Shown here: one piece after another, positions 9,907-23,097 of the stretch | Layout of the letters: each line of letters begins with the position of its first letter | How positions within the stretch are numbered: the stretch's first letter is position 1 | From: a virus | Virus genome (UHGV): UHGV-1351068 | Length of the DNA: 64,000 bases | Strand: one strand, 5' to 3' | Made by a program: the position numbers and the translations under genes | The notes under the pieces: model-generated | Database searches by the model: none | The model's input: the letters and a program-made list of their open reading frames with translations, nothing else | Told to the model about the DNA's origin: nothing

Positions 9907-11673
9907 ATGACCAAACTAGTAGATTCGCTTCCGTTCGTAGACGGAATTCCAGACGATTTTCAACAGAGAATTAACTGGATAAAAAATACAGAGCCTCTTA
10001 ATGGGGCTTCAACCCGCTATGGAAATGATGGAGAACTGAATAGAGCTTCTGTTCAAATCCAGAAAAACGTTGTTCAGGTACATAACGATTTGAACAACGT
10101 TGGAACTGCTGTAGAAAATATTCAAGTAGATGTAGACCAAATCAAAAAATCGTTAGAAATTACAGGTTCTTCTGACGCCATTGAGCAGGTTTATATCAAT
10201 AAAAAGAATATTGAAAAGCATGATGGACAAATTCTTAAATTAGAAGAAGACACCGAAAAACTTCGAACTGACCTTGATTTTCTCGAAGAGGATGTAGGTG
10301 TTTATGATTCTAGTAAAGATGACTATTACAGAACAGTTCGTGATAATATAGTTTGGGTTAAACGTGAAATTGGTGCGTATCCTGGGCAAGATATTAACGG
10401 ACAGCCGAAGCAAGACTCTCCGGGTTCTGGTATGAAATACCGAATCATCAATAATGCGTCAGCTATAGTAAAACATGACGAGCGTATTCAGGCGCTAGAG
10501 GATGCATACAATGATTCAGACGTAGGTTCTCTGACTATTGAAGTAAACGACCTGCGTAAAGAAGTTGGTCCTAAATCCGGAGCTACGTCAGCTTCAATTT
10601 ATGCAAGGCTTGTGAATAACGCTGATGCTATTTCCGCAGCTAATAATGAAATCTTTGCTATTAACCAAGCCATTGATTTTACCAATCCAGTAAAAATTGG
10701 AGCTCGTACTACTAGATTAGAAAACGATTATCGTATAGTTGACGTAACACTTAACTCTGCACAAACCGGGTTAGTTCCTCGTGTCAATAATATTGATGCT
10801 CGTTTAGGGTCTTCTGATAAGCCTGATACTATTGAAGGAAAAATTAGTTCTCTTTCAACTGACCAAGGGTACATTTCTGATGTTGTAGGACGTGATACTT
10901 CATCAGGGCTTCAGGGTCAAGTAGCATGGATAAACCAACAGGTTGGTATTGTTCCTAGCGAGCAGCCGATTCCTCCTGGGTCAATTTTAGCGAGAATGAC
11001 CAATGTTGAAGGTATGCAAAACTCTCAACAGTCTGCTATTCAGGACATTCAAGTAGAACTTGGCAATAACAATGAAGTGTTAAAGGGTTCTGTATTTACA
11101 TTACAGACTCAAATGAATGGTGACTTTTCGTCAGAAAACCCAGTTCAACGTGATGGTGTATACGCTACTGTAGTAGAATTGCAAGATAAATTCGTGACTG
11201 CAGTTACTGACGTAGAACAAGCTGGAGCATACCTCCGTAAACAGGGCGAATGGTTTAAAAAACCTTCATCAATAGGTGAATTCAGTAAAGAAGATTTCAC
11301 TGTTGATTTAAGTTCTGATGCATTGGTAAATCCTAACTCATTGGTCGCTGCTCCATTCAATGCTGGCATTCGTATTGTCGATGACATTGTTGTTGATGAC
11401 GATGGCGTATTTTGCGTAGAAACTGATACGGTTATCGAAGCTTCTGATTCAGATAAAGGCGTGAAAATTGTTATTCTCGTTAATAACATCGAGGTGTTTT
11501 CCTACGGGCTCGGTGTTAAGGCTGTAACGGGCGAACAGTTGATTAAAACCAAGAAACTCATTGAGTTTTCATCTGGTGATGCAATCAAAATCGTGTATAG
11601 AGCTGCTTCAGAAGAATCGCAGGTTCTTGTTAAAATTAAATCTTTGGATATTACTATTCATCCAGCTGTATAA
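9907..11673 (+). CDS. wac: fibritin (whisker/neck fibre) with C-terminal extension
   Basis: N-terminus LPFVDGIPDDFQQRINWIKN.. like T4 wac; coiled-coil body; foldon-like AYLRKQGEWF near aa 440 followed by about 137 extra residues; 588 aa vs 487. Confidence 0.8.
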   Translation: MTKLVDSLPFVDGIPDDFQQRINWIKNTEPLNGASTRYGNDGELNRASVQIQKNVVQVHNDLNNVGTAVENIQVDVDQIKKSLEITGSSDAIEQVYINKKNIEKHDGQILKLEEDTEKLRTDLDFLEEDVGVYDSSKDDYYRTVRDNIVWVKREIGAYPGQDINGQPKQDSPGSGMKYRIINNASAIVKHDERIQALEDAYNDSDVGSLTIEVNDLRKEVGPKSGATSASIYARLVNNADAISAANNEIFAINQAIDFTNPVKIGARTTRLENDYRIVDVTLNSAQTGLVPRVNNIDARLGSSDKPDTIEGKISSLSTDQGYISDVVGRDTSSGLQGQVAWINQQVGIVPSEQPIPPGSILARMTNVEGMQNSQQSAIQDIQVELGNNNEVLKGSVFTLQTQMNGDFSSENPVQRDGVYATVVELQDKFVTAVTDVEQAGAYLRKQGEWFKKPSSIGEFSKEDFTVDLSSDALVNPNSLVAAPFNAGIRIVDDIVVDDDGVFCVETDTVIEASDSDKGVKIVILVNNIEVFSYGLGVKAVTGEQLIKTKKLIEFSSGDAIKIVYRAASEESQVLVKIKSLDITIHPAV

Positions 11674-11678
11674 CAAAA

Positions 11679-11699
11679 GGGACCTTCGGGTCCCTTTTT
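11679..11699 (+). terminator. terminator after wac
   Basis: GGGACC-TTCG-GGTCCC + TTTTT. Confidence 0.6.
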
Positions 11700-11701
11700 C
11701 G

Positions 11702-11709
11702 TATAAATA
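11702..11709 (+). promoter_or_regulatory. late promoter TATAAATA (gene 13)
   Basis: Exact motif 21 nt upstream of ATG 11731. Confidence 0.6.
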
Positions 11710-11730
11710 GGAATATAAAGAGGAGTTCAT

Positions 11731-12672
11731 ATGTCATACAACACGTACAACCCAAAAACGCTTAAAGACGCTATACTTCGACGTCTAGGAGCGCCGGTAA
11801 TTAATGTAGAAGTAACTGAAGACCAAATTTATGATTGTATTCAACGAGCATTAGAGTTGTATGGTGAATACCACTTTAACGGATTGAATAAAGGTTATCA
11901 AGTTTTTTATATTGGAAAAGACGAAGCTGACAACGCAAGATTTTTGAACGGCGTATTTGATTTGCGCGGCCGTAATGTATTTGCTGTCACCCAAATTGTT
12001 AGAACAAATGTAGGTTCATTAACTTCAATGGATGGTAATGCGACATACCCATGGTTTACCGACTTTCTAATGGGAATGGCAGGAATTAATGGCGGAATGG
12101 GGTCAAGCTGTAATAAAAGCTATGGGCCAAATGCGTTTGGTGCTGACCTTGGCTATTTTACTCAATTGATGACTTACTGGTCAATGATGCAAGATTTACT
12201 TGCTCCTCTCCCGGATTATTGGTATAACTCTGATAATGAAATGCTTAAAGTAATGGGCAACTTCATGAAGGGTGACATCATTGTCTGTGAATGCTGGACC
12301 AAATCATTTATGAATACAGATGCGATGGTAGGCAATACAGCAGGATACGGATTTGCTGGGCCGCAAACTGCTGATCATTGGGGATTAGGAGATAGATATC
12401 AGAATCCTGACCTTCGTAATAATGGTCAATATGCTGGTGAAGGTAATACAAATAGAGAAGGCGCATATAATAATCGTTGGGTAAAAGATTATGCTACAGC
12501 ATTAACTAAAAAGCTGTGGGGTGAAATTCTTTTTAAACATCAGGGTCTGCAATTGGCAGGTGGAGTTACAGTTGATGGTCAAACACTTAAGGTAGAGGCC
12601 CAAGAAGAAATCGAGAGGCTCCGAGAGGAACTTGATTTACTTGACCCGGGTTGTCCTATTCTGTTGGGGTAA
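11731..12672 (+). CDS. 13: neck protein gp13
   Basis: 313 aa (T4 309); late promoter at 11702; SD AAGAGGAG. Confidence 0.8.
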   Translation: MSYNTYNPKTLKDAILRRLGAPVINVEVTEDQIYDCIQRALELYGEYHFNGLNKGYQVFYIGKDEADNARFLNGVFDLRGRNVFAVTQIVRTNVGSLTSMDGNATYPWFTDFLMGMAGINGGMGSSCNKSYGPNAFGADLGYFTQLMTYWSMMQDLLAPLPDYWYNSDNEMLKVMGNFMKGDIIVCECWTKSFMNTDAMVGNTAGYGFAGPQTADHWGLGDRYQNPDLRNNGQYAGEGNTNREGAYNNRWVKDYATALTKKLWGEILFKHQGLQLAGGVTVDGQTLKVEAQEEIERLREELDLLDPGCPILLG

Positions 12673-12675
12673 AAG

Positions 12676-13452
12676 ATGTCTACATTTGATTCTAGGCTCT
12701 TCGCTAAACTCGAAGATTATCAAGGATATAATAAAACTAATGAGACTGAAATTCTCAATCCTTATGTGAATTTTTATAATCACAGAAATAGCCAAACGTT
12801 AGCAGATGCTTTATCGGCTGAGGCTATTCAAATGAGAGGAATTGAGTTTTATTTCCTTCCTCGTGAATATAACAATCCTGATTTGCTTTTTGGAGAAGAC
12901 CCATCAAGTAAATTCACCAAAGCTTGGAAATTTGCTGCTTATTTAGATTCATTTGAAGGATATTCTGGCGATAACACATTCTTTAGTAAATTTGGTATGA
13001 TGGTTAATGATGAAGTCAATTTGACTATTAATCCCAACCTATTCAAGCATCAAACTAATAATTCTGAACCAAAAGCCGGTGACCTAATTTATTTTCCTAT
13101 GGATAACTCATTATTCGAAATTAACTGGGTTCAGCCATACGATCCATTTTATCAGTTAGGTCAAAATGTTCAACGCAAGATTACTGCACAAAAATACATT
13201 TATTCTGGTGAGCAGCTTCAGCCAGAATTGCAACGTAATGAAGGCATTAATATTCCTGAATTTTCTGAGCTTGATTTAGAACCAATCAAAAATATAGATG
13301 CTCTTGCTGATATTTCTGATATACAATACGCAGAAAGTGATGAAATCAATAAAGAAGCCTCTGAATATGTTCATCCGTATTATGTTAATAACGGAAGAGG
13401 ACTTGAGTCCCCTCCTAAAGCAGATTCGTTTGATGACGGGTTCTTCGAATAA
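12676..13452 (+). CDS. 14: neck protein gp14
   Basis: 258 aa (T4 256); synteny. Confidence 0.8.
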   Translation: MSTFDSRLFAKLEDYQGYNKTNETEILNPYVNFYNHRNSQTLADALSAEAIQMRGIEFYFLPREYNNPDLLFGEDPSSKFTKAWKFAAYLDSFEGYSGDNTFFSKFGMMVNDEVNLTINPNLFKHQTNNSEPKAGDLIYFPMDNSLFEINWVQPYDPFYQLGQNVQRKITAQKYIYSGEQLQPELQRNEGINIPEFSELDLEPIKNIDALADISDIQYAESDEINKEASEYVHPYYVNNGRGLESPPKADSFDDGFFE

Positions 13453-13474
13453 ATAAAATAAAGATGGGACCTTT

Positions 13475-13490
13475 GGGTCCCTTAGGAGAA
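13475..13490 (+). terminator. intergenic hairpin between genes 14 and 15 (weak terminator/processing site)
   Basis: GGGACC-TTTG-GGTCCC, only TT follows. Confidence 0.35.
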
Positions 13491-13493
13491 ATC

Positions 13494-14314
13494 ATGTTTG
13501 GACATTGGTATAATTCGTCCTTACGCCGATACATTGTATTGCTTGGAGATTTATTTTCTCATGTACAAATTGCTCGTTGGCGTGAAGACACTGGACTAAA
13601 ATATATTAAAGTACCTATCACTTATGCTTCAAAGGAAAAGTTCCTTTCTCAACTCGGAAAATGGACTGCTATTCAGTCTACCGAGAATAAAGCAAAGATA
13701 GAAACTGTTTTGCCAAGAATGAATTTGCACTTGGTTGATATGCAATACAATGCGATGTATAAAACATCACAGTTGAATAGAACCAAATCATATAAAACCC
13801 CTTCAAAAATTACATCTCAGTATAATCCTACTCCGATTAAGATGATTTTTGAATTGGGAATTTATACACGCAATCAAGATGATATGTATCAAATCATCGA
13901 GCAAATCGTTCCTTATTTTCAGCCGCATTTTAACACGACTATAACTGAGCTTTACGACAAAGACACAAGCTTTAATCGTGATGTTAGAATTGTATTACAG
14001 TCATTTTCTCAGGATGAAGCTGTTGATGGAGATAATATCACTCGCCGTAGATTAGAATGGTCGCTGATGTTTGAAGTCAATGGCTGGTTGTATCCGCCTG
14101 TAGCTGAAATTGATGGCGAAATTAGAACCATTTATTTAGATTTCTTCGCTAACAGCAAGGAGTTAACTCCAGAAGGAAACTTTGAATCAGTAGATAGCGA
14201 AGTCACTCCACGAGATGTTCAACACGAAAATTGGGATGGTTCTAGTAAACAAACTTATTCTCACGATATTCCTATTCCGGTAAATCCGGAGGCTCCTGGA
14301 CCGAGAGGTGAAAA

Positions 14315-14318
<4 letters not shown>
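13494..14318 (+). CDS. 15: tail sheath stabiliser / tail terminator gp15
   Basis: [13 protein letters not shown].. matches T4 gp15 MFGYFYNSSFRRY..; start moved to ATG 13494 after intergenic hairpin and SD AGGAG (track start 13464 lies inside the hairpin). Confidence 0.85.
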
Positions 14319-16643
<2,325 letters not shown>

Positions 16644-16673
16644 ATAAAAAGCAAACAACATTGAGGATATATC

Positions 16674-18647
16674 ATGCCTTTAGTCTCTCCTGGAATTGAG
16701 CTCAAAGAAACGAGCGTACAGAGCACGGTAGTACTTAACGCTACAGGTCGTGCCGCAATTGTCGGGAAGTTCCAATGGGGTCCTGCATATCAAGTTACTC
16801 AAATCACTAATGAAGTTGAACTGGTTGATATGTTTGGCGGCCCTAATAACCAAACTGCTGATTACTTTATGTCAGCAATGAACTTTCTGCAATATGGTAA
16901 TGATCTACGCACCGTCCGTGTAGTTAACCGTGAAGCTGCTAAAAACGCATCTCCATTGGTTGATAATATTGAATGGACTATCACTACTGCTGGTAGTAAC
17001 TATGAAGTTGGTGATAAAATTACGGTTAAATATGCAGACCAAACCGTAGATGACACCGGTTCAGTTACTGAAGTAGATAGTGACGGAAAAATTAAGTCGG
17101 TGTTCATTCCGACATCGAAGATTATTGCATATGCAAAAAGCATTAATCAATATCCTGATTTAGGGTCTTCGTGGACAACTACCATTACTTCACAGAGTTC
17201 TGGTGTTTCTGCTGTCATTACTTTAGGTAAAATTATTTCTGAGTCTACAGTTCTACTGACTGAACATGAAACTGCCCATGAAGAAATGACAAAAACTGAA
17301 TTCCAGACTGCGCTTGCGCAATATAAAATGCCTGGAATTGTAGCTGCGTATCCGGGCGAGCTCGGAAACCAACTGGAAATTGAAATTGTATCAAAAGCCG
17401 CTTTTGATAAAGGCGAACAACTGACGATTTATCCGAGTGGTGGACAGCGTGCATCAACCGCAAAAGCCGTATTTGGATATGGTCCTCAGACCGATACTCA
17501 GTACGCTATCATTGTTCGTAGAGATGGTGCTGTAGTTGAATCAGCGGTGTTATCAACAAGCCGCCAAGATAAAGATATCTACGGAAACAACATCTTTATG
17601 GACGATTATTTCTCCAAGGGTTCTTCACGCTATGTATTTGCTACTGCGCAAGGATGGCCTGAAGGATTTTCCGGCGTTATTCGTCTGGGTGGTGGGGTTT
17701 CAGCTAATGAATCAGTTACGGCTGGCGATTTAATTCAAGGCTGGGATTTATTTGGTGACCGTGAAGCATTGCGTGTAAACCTTCTGATTGCTGGTGCTTG
17801 TGCCGGTGAAACCGATGAAATCGCAAGTACAGTACAAAAACACGTTTCGTCTATTGCAGATGAGCGTCAAGACTGCTTAGCACTCATTTCGCCTCCAAGG
17901 TCAACGATTGTAAATATTCCTCTGACTCGTGCTGTTGATAATTTAATCGACTGGCGCCAAGGCGATGGAACTTATGATTCTGCTAACATGAACATCAATA
18001 CTACGTACGCAGCAATTGATGGTAACTATAAATATCAGTATGATAAATATAACGACGTAAACCGTTGGGTTCCGTTAGCTGCTGATATTGCAGGCCTGTG
18101 TGCTCGTACTGATGATATTGCTCAGCCTTGGATGTCACCAGCTGGATATCGTCGTGGTCAGATTTTAAATTGCATCAAATTGGCAATTGAACCGCGTCAG
18201 GCACATCGTGACCGCATGTACCAAGCAGGTATTAACCCAGTGACTGGTCAAGGTACAGGTGAAGGTTTCATTCTGTTCGGTGATAAGACTGCAACCACTG
18301 TTCCAACACCGTTTGACCGAATTAACGTTCGTCGCTTGTTTAACATGCTGAAGAACAACATCGGTGATTCTTCTAAGTGGCAGCTGTTTGAATTAAACGA
18401 TAACTTTACCCGTAGTTCTTTCCGTATGGAAACCAGCCAATACCTCGCAGGTATTAAAGCTCTGGGTGGTGTATATGACTTCCGAGTTGTATGTGATACC
18501 ACGAATAACACTCCAGCAGTTATCGACCGCAACGAGTTTGTAGCGAGCTTCTACATCAAGCCGGCACGTTCAATTAACTATATCACTCTGAACTTCGTTG
18601 CTACGGCAACTGGTGCAGATTTCGATGAGTTAATCGGACCACAGTAA
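16674..18647 (+). CDS. 18: tail sheath protein gp18
   Basis: 657 aa (T4 659); late promoter 16636; synteny. Confidence 0.85.
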   Translation: MPLVSPGIELKETSVQSTVVLNATGRAAIVGKFQWGPAYQVTQITNEVELVDMFGGPNNQTADYFMSAMNFLQYGNDLRTVRVVNREAAKNASPLVDNIEWTITTAGSNYEVGDKITVKYADQTVDDTGSVTEVDSDGKIKSVFIPTSKIIAYAKSINQYPDLGSSWTTTITSQSSGVSAVITLGKIISESTVLLTEHETAHEEMTKTEFQTALAQYKMPGIVAAYPGELGNQLEIEIVSKAAFDKGEQLTIYPSGGQRASTAKAVFGYGPQTDTQYAIIVRRDGAVVESAVLSTSRQDKDIYGNNIFMDDYFSKGSSRYVFATAQGWPEGFSGVIRLGGGVSANESVTAGDLIQGWDLFGDREALRVNLLIAGACAGETDEIASTVQKHVSSIADERQDCLALISPPRSTIVNIPLTRAVDNLIDWRQGDGTYDSANMNINTTYAAIDGNYKYQYDKYNDVNRWVPLAADIAGLCARTDDIAQPWMSPAGYRRGQILNCIKLAIEPRQAHRDRMYQAGINPVTGQGTGEGFILFGDKTATTVPTPFDRINVRRLFNMLKNNIGDSSKWQLFELNDNFTRSSFRMETSQYLAGIKALGGVYDFRVVCDTTNNTPAVIDRNEFVASFYIKPARSINYITLNFVATATGADFDELIGPQ

Positions 18648-18750
18648 TATGAACCCCAGGACATTCTGGGGTCATCTAATCTTTAGATGATAAATTATAT
18701 TACCGCACACTTTAATAGCCTCTACGATGATGTAGTCAATCGAGAGGCTA

Positions 18751-18758
18751 TATAAATA
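18751..18758 (+). promoter_or_regulatory. late promoter TATAAATA (gene 19)
   Basis: Exact motif 16 nt upstream of ATG 18775. Confidence 0.6.
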
Positions 18759-18774
18759 TCTATAGGAAACAACG

Positions 18775-19266
18775 ATGGAATTAACAGACATCACTCGTGC
18801 GTTTGAATCTGGTGACTTTGCGCGTCCTAACCTGTTTGAGGTAGAAATTCCTTATCTGGGTCGTAACTTCAGTTTCAAATGTAAAGCAGCACCGATGCCG
18901 GCAGGTATCGTAGAAAAAGTTCCAGTCGGGTACATGAACCGTAAGATTAACGTCGCTGGTGACCGTACTTATGACGACTGGACTGTTACCATCTATAACG
19001 ATGATAAACACGAAGTACGTAAGGCAATTATTGCTTGGCAGGCTCAGGCCCACGCTCAAGGCAATGATATCTCTGGTATGACTCCAGCCGATTACAAAAA
19101 GGTTGCTACGGTACGCCAGTTTAGTCGTGATGGCAAAACTATCACAAATGAACACACCATTACTGGTCTGTGGCCAACTAACGTTGGTGAAGTACAGATG
19201 GACTGGGACAGTAATAATGAGGTAGAAACGTTCGAAACTACCTTTGCCATCGACTGGTGGGAATAA
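18775..19266 (+). CDS. 19: tail tube protein gp19
   Basis: 163 aa (T4 163); late promoter 18751. Confidence 0.85.
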   Translation: MELTDITRAFESGDFARPNLFEVEIPYLGRNFSFKCKAAPMPAGIVEKVPVGYMNRKINVAGDRTYDDWTVTIYNDDKHEVRKAIIAWQAQAHAQGNDISGMTPADYKKVATVRQFSRDGKTITNEHTITGLWPTNVGEVQMDWDSNNEVETFETTFAIDWWE

Positions 19267-19335
19267 TGCTATGGGGCTTCGGCCCCGTATCGAAGTTCTG
19301 TGAGTTATTTGCTTAAATATCTGACAAAACTTCGA

Positions 19336-19343
19336 TATAAATA
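19336..19343 (+). promoter_or_regulatory. late promoter TATAAATA (gene 20)
   Basis: Exact motif 27 nt upstream of ATG 19371. Confidence 0.6.
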
Positions 19344-19370
19344 TACTTATAGATAATTTCGGAGACTCCA

Positions 19371-20939
19371 ATGGCCTTTCATATTTTGGACTTATTCGCT
19401 CCGTGGGAAAAACGCGACGAAGCTGAATATAAGCAACAAATCAACAATGACCTAGAGTCAATCACTGCTCCAAAATTTGATGATGGAGCTCGTGAAGTTG
19501 AATCAAACGAAAACGAAATCCAGTACAATTCATTCAACCAAATGATGTTTGGTTCCAATGAACCTGGAATGAAAACAACTGCTGATTTAATCAACACTTA
19601 TCGTAGTTTAATGAATAACTACGAAGTTGACAATGCTGTTGAAGAAATAGTTTCTGACGCAGTTGTATACGAAGACGGTCATCCAGTAGTTTCTCTTGAT
19701 TTAGATTCTACCGACTTCAGCCAAGCAATTAAAGACCGCATTCTTGAAGAATTTAATACAGTTTTAACATGCCTTAATTTCGAGAGAAAGGGCGCTGACC
19801 ATTTCCGCCGTTGGTATGTTGACTCAAGAATATTCTTCCATAAAATCGTCAACACCAAGAAAATGAAAGACGGAATTCAGGAACTGAGACGTCTTGACCC
19901 GCGCAACTTACAATTCATCCGTGAAATCGTTACCGCTGATGACGCTGGTACTAAAATCGTTAAGGGGTACAAAGAGTATTTCATTTACGATACCGGCAAA
20001 GAAAGTTATTATGCAGATGGCAGATTATATTCCGCCGGAACGAAAATTAAAATTCCACGCGATGCTATCGTATATGCACATTCTGGGCTAGTTGATTGTT
20101 CAGGTCAAAACATCATCGGTTATTTACACCGAGCCGTTAAACCCGCCAACCAGTTAAAGCTATTAGAAGATGCGTTGGTAATTTATCGTATTACTCGTGC
20201 TCCTGACCGTCGTGTGTTTTACATTGACACTGGTAATATGCCTTCTCGTAAAGCGGCAGCTCATATGCAACATATTATGAACACGATGAAAAATCGCGTT
20301 GTATATGATGCATCAACCGGTAAGATTAAAAATCAGCAACATAATATGTCAATGACAGAAGACTATTGGTTGCAGCGTAGAGATGGTAAAGCAGTTACTG
20401 AAGTAGATACTCTTCCTGGTATGTCAGGTATGAGTGATATGGATGACGTCCGTTACTTTAGAACAGCGTTATACATGGCATTGCGAGTTCCTCTTTCGCG
20501 CATGCCAGATGCAAATAATCAAGGTGGTGTGCAGTTTGATGCTGGCACAGCAATTACTCGCGATGAGCTTGATTTTGCTAAATTTATTCGTAGATTACAG
20601 CATAAATTCGAAGAGATTATGCTTGATCCACTTCGCACTAATCTAATTCTTAAAAAAGTTTTGTCTAAAGATGAGTGGGAAGACGAAATAAATAATATTA
20701 AGATTGTGTTCCATAAAGATTCATATTTCACCGAGTTGAAAGATGCTGAAGTTATGGAGCGTAGAATCAATATGCTCACAATGGCTGAACCGTTTATCGG
20801 CAAGTATATTTCTCATAAGACAGCAATGAAAGATTTCCTTCAGATGTCAGATGAAGAAATTGAACAAGAAGCCAAGCAAATTGAATTAGAGTCTAAAGAG
20901 GCTCGCTTCCAAGACCAAGAAAATGAAGAGGATTTCTAA
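19371..20939 (+). CDS. 20: portal protein gp20
   Basis: 522 aa; long stretches matching T4 gp20 ([15 protein letters not shown].., [41 protein letters not shown]). Confidence 0.9.
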   Translation: MAFHILDLFAPWEKRDEAEYKQQINNDLESITAPKFDDGAREVESNENEIQYNSFNQMMFGSNEPGMKTTADLINTYRSLMNNYEVDNAVEEIVSDAVVYEDGHPVVSLDLDSTDFSQAIKDRILEEFNTVLTCLNFERKGADHFRRWYVDSRIFFHKIVNTKKMKDGIQELRRLDPRNLQFIREIVTADDAGTKIVKGYKEYFIYDTGKESYYADGRLYSAGTKIKIPRDAIVYAHSGLVDCSGQNIIGYLHRAVKPANQLKLLEDALVIYRITRAPDRRVFYIDTGNMPSRKAAAHMQHIMNTMKNRVVYDASTGKIKNQQHNMSMTEDYWLQRRDGKAVTEVDTLPGMSGMSDMDDVRYFRTALYMALRVPLSRMPDANNQGGVQFDAGTAITRDELDFAKFIRRLQHKFEEIMLDPLRTNLILKKVLSKDEWEDEINNIKIVFHKDSYFTELKDAEVMERRINMLTMAEPFIGKYISHKTAMKDFLQMSDEEIEQEAKQIELESKEARFQDQENEEDF

Positions 20940-21157
20940 TGGAAAATTATATTTCCGCAATTGAATCCAGAGACCTCGTAGCAGCCAAAAAAGCTTTTGG
21001 TGCAATTATGGCTGAACGGACATCTGGTTTAATTGAAGAGCGCAAAAAATTTATCGCAGCGTCTGTCATGATTGAGGGTGAAGAGCCCGATGAAGACGAA
21101 GATGAAGACGACGAAGATAAGTCTGATAAAGACGAAGACGACGAAGAGGACGAGTAA
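20939..21157 (+). CDS. 67: prohead core protein gp67 with acidic tail
   Basis: 72 aa, poly-Asp/Glu C-terminus; position 20-67-68-21. Confidence 0.7.
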   Translation: MENYISAIESRDLVAAKKAFGAIMAERTSGLIEERKKFIAASVMIEGEEPDEDEDEDDEDKSDKDEDDEEDE

Positions 21158-21582
21158 TGCTTATACTGCCTGAAAATCATGAATTAGTTATCGACAATGT
21201 CGAAGCTCTTCTTCCTGAAGCCCAGGCACGTTTTGATAAGTTGTCCGCAGCGCTCTCTAAAGATGATATAAATAAAATTGTAGAGAATCTTGTTGTTTCT
21301 GAGCCTGATTTAGCAGTTGCTTTAGGTTCAATCAATGAAGCTCTCCAATTGAATGAATTCATCGTTAAACATGTTGATTCTAAAGGTACTATTACACGTA
21401 CTAAGGATCGTAAAACACGTGAGCGTAACGCGTTCCAAACAACTGGACTTTCTAAAGCTAAACGCCGTCAAATCGCGCGTAAAGCAGTAAAATCAAAACG
21501 TGCTAATCCATCGGCTCAAACTCGTGGATTACGTAAACGTAAGAAAGCACTTAAACGCCGTCAGGCTCTGGGGCTAAGTTAA
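21157..21582 (+). CDS. 68: prohead core protein gp68
   Basis: 141 aa (T4 141); basic C-terminus; synteny. Confidence 0.7.
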   Translation: MLILPENHELVIDNVEALLPEAQARFDKLSAALSKDDINKIVENLVVSEPDLAVALGSINEALQLNEFIVKHVDSKGTITRTKDRKTRERNAFQTTGLSKAKRRQIARKAVKSKRANPSAQTRGLRKRKKALKRRQALGLS

Positions 21583-22232
21583 TGGAAAACCTCAATGAAC
21601 AACTTTTAATTGAGCATTGGGGTCAACCGGGCGATGTAATTGATGGTAAACCCATGCTAGAATCTATTATCGTTGAAGGCGAAAATGAATCTGGCTTAAA
21701 ACCTGGTCTGTATATTGAAGGTGTTTTTATGCAGGCAGAAGTAGTAAACCGTAATAAACGTCTTTATCCAAAACGCATTCTTGAGACTGCGGTAAGCCGT
21801 TATATTAAAGAACAGGTTGCTACTCGTCAGGCTCTAGGAGAATTAAACCATCCACCTCGCGCAAATGTTGACCCGATGCAAGCCGCAATCATTATCGAAG
21901 ATATGTGGTGGAAAGGCAACGATGTTTATGGGCGTGCAAGAATCATCGAAGGAGACCACGGTCCAGGTGATAAATTAGCCGCTAACATCCGTGCTGGTTG
22001 GATTCCTGGTGTATCAAGCCGCGGGCTCGGTTCTTTAAAAGACTCAGGAAAAGGATATAACATCGTACAAGAAGGCTTTCGCCTGACTGTTGGTGTAGAC
22101 GCAGTTTGGGGTCCTAGTGCTCCGGATGCATGGGTACAACCGAAACAAATTTCGGAAAATACCTCGGCACAAGTTGCCAATAGTGCTGATGATGCTTTTA
22201 TGGCTCTCGCAGAGAAGTTAAAAGCGTTATAA
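21582..22232 (+). CDS. 21: prohead core protease gp21
   Basis: 216 aa (T4 212); synteny. Confidence 0.8.
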   Translation: MENLNEQLLIEHWGQPGDVIDGKPMLESIIVEGENESGLKPGLYIEGVFMQAEVVNRNKRLYPKRILETAVSRYIKEQVATRQALGELNHPPRANVDPMQAAIIIEDMWWKGNDVYGRARIIEGDHGPGDKLAANIRAGWIPGVSSRGLGSLKDSGKGYNIVQEGFRLTVGVDAVWGPSAPDAWVQPKQISENTSAQVANSADDAFMALAEKLKAL

Positions 22233-22235
22233 ATA
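22228..22235 (+). promoter_or_regulatory. late promoter TATAAATA (gene 22)
   Basis: Exact motif 29 nt upstream of ATG 22265. Confidence 0.6.
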
Positions 22236-22264
22236 ATTATGTAACTTAACACAGGACATCAAAA

Positions 22265-23077
22265 ATGCTTAAAGAACTTTTAATGACCGAAGCTAAAACT
22301 ATCGATGCTTCCGTCGCTCTTGACAGTATTTTCGAATCAGTTCAGCTTTCTCCGGAAGCTAAAGCTAACTTCAGCACTGTATTCGAAGCAACAGTCAAAA
22401 AACACGCCGTAGCTCTGGCAGAATCTCACATTGAAAAGATTGCTGAGAAAGCAGAAGAAAAAGTTGAAGAAGAAAAAGAAAAAGCTAAAGAAGAAGCTCG
22501 CGAAGAGCTGAAAGAAGCTGCTTCTAAATACTTTGACCATATCGCTGCAGAATGGATGGCAGAAAACCAGCTGGCGGTTGACCGCGGTATTAAAGCTGAC
22601 CTGTTTGAATCCATGTTTGTCGGTATGAAAGAGCTGTTTGTTGAGCACAACGTTGTAATTCCTGAAGAATCAGTAGACGTAGTAGCTGAGATGGAAGAAG
22701 AACTTGCTGAGCAAAAAGCAGAAACTGCTCGTTTATTTGAAGAAGTTTCTAAGCGCGATGAGTATATCAATTATGCCCAACGTGAGTATGCTATCCAAGA
22801 AGCAACCCGTGAACTGACTGATACTCAAAAAGAGAAAGTAGTTTCTCTGACAGAGGGTATGGATTATTCTGACTCGTTTTCAACTAAGCTTAAAGCTATT
22901 GTTGAAATGGTGCAGGGTTCTGTAGAGCAGTCTGTAACGGAATCTGCCGATATAAATACTATCGACAAAGAAGCAGACGGTTTAAACTTCACAACTGAAG
23001 CAGTCGAAGAAACTCCTGCGACTAAAACCCCATCCGTTATGGATGCTTATGTAGCCCAAGCGGCTCGTCTTTCTTAA
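22265..23077 (+). CDS. 22: prohead core scaffold protein gp22
   Basis: 270 aa, Glu/Lys-rich coiled coil; late promoter 22228. Confidence 0.8.
   Translation: MLKELLMTEAKTIDASVALDSIFESVQLSPEAKANFSTVFEATVKKHAVALAESHIEKIAEKAEEKVEEEKEKAKEEAREELKEAASKYFDHIAAEWMAENQLAVDRGIKADLFESMFVGMKELFVEHNVVIPEESVDVVAEMEEELAEQKAETARLFEEVSKRDEYINYAQREYAIQEATRELTDTQKEKVVSLTEGMDYSDSFSTKLKAIVEMVQGSVEQSVTESADINTIDKEADGLNFTTEAVEETPATKTPSVMDAYVAQAARLS
22951..22958 (+). promoter_or_regulatory. late promoter TATAAATA embedded in 3' end of gene 22 (candidate gene 23 promoter)
   Basis: Only TATAAATA within 200 nt upstream of gp23 ATG 23098; 22-23 intergenic gap is 20 nt. Confidence 0.4.
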
Positions 23078-23097
23078 TTTAAAAGGTTATACAACAC

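Noticed and set aside
13464-13493. ORF-track start of gene 15 at 13464 ([15 protein letters not shown]..)
   Set aside because: Those codons are the two arms of the intergenic hairpin GGGACCTTTGGGTCCC. The T4 gp15 N-terminus aligns with MFGHWYNSS at 13494, which has its own SD.
20947-21180. Poly-serine ORF (77 aa) on minus strand
   Set aside because: It is the antisense reading of the acidic GAA/GAC repeat tail of gp67 (poly-Asp/Glu gives poly-Ser on the reverse strand). An artefact of the repeat.
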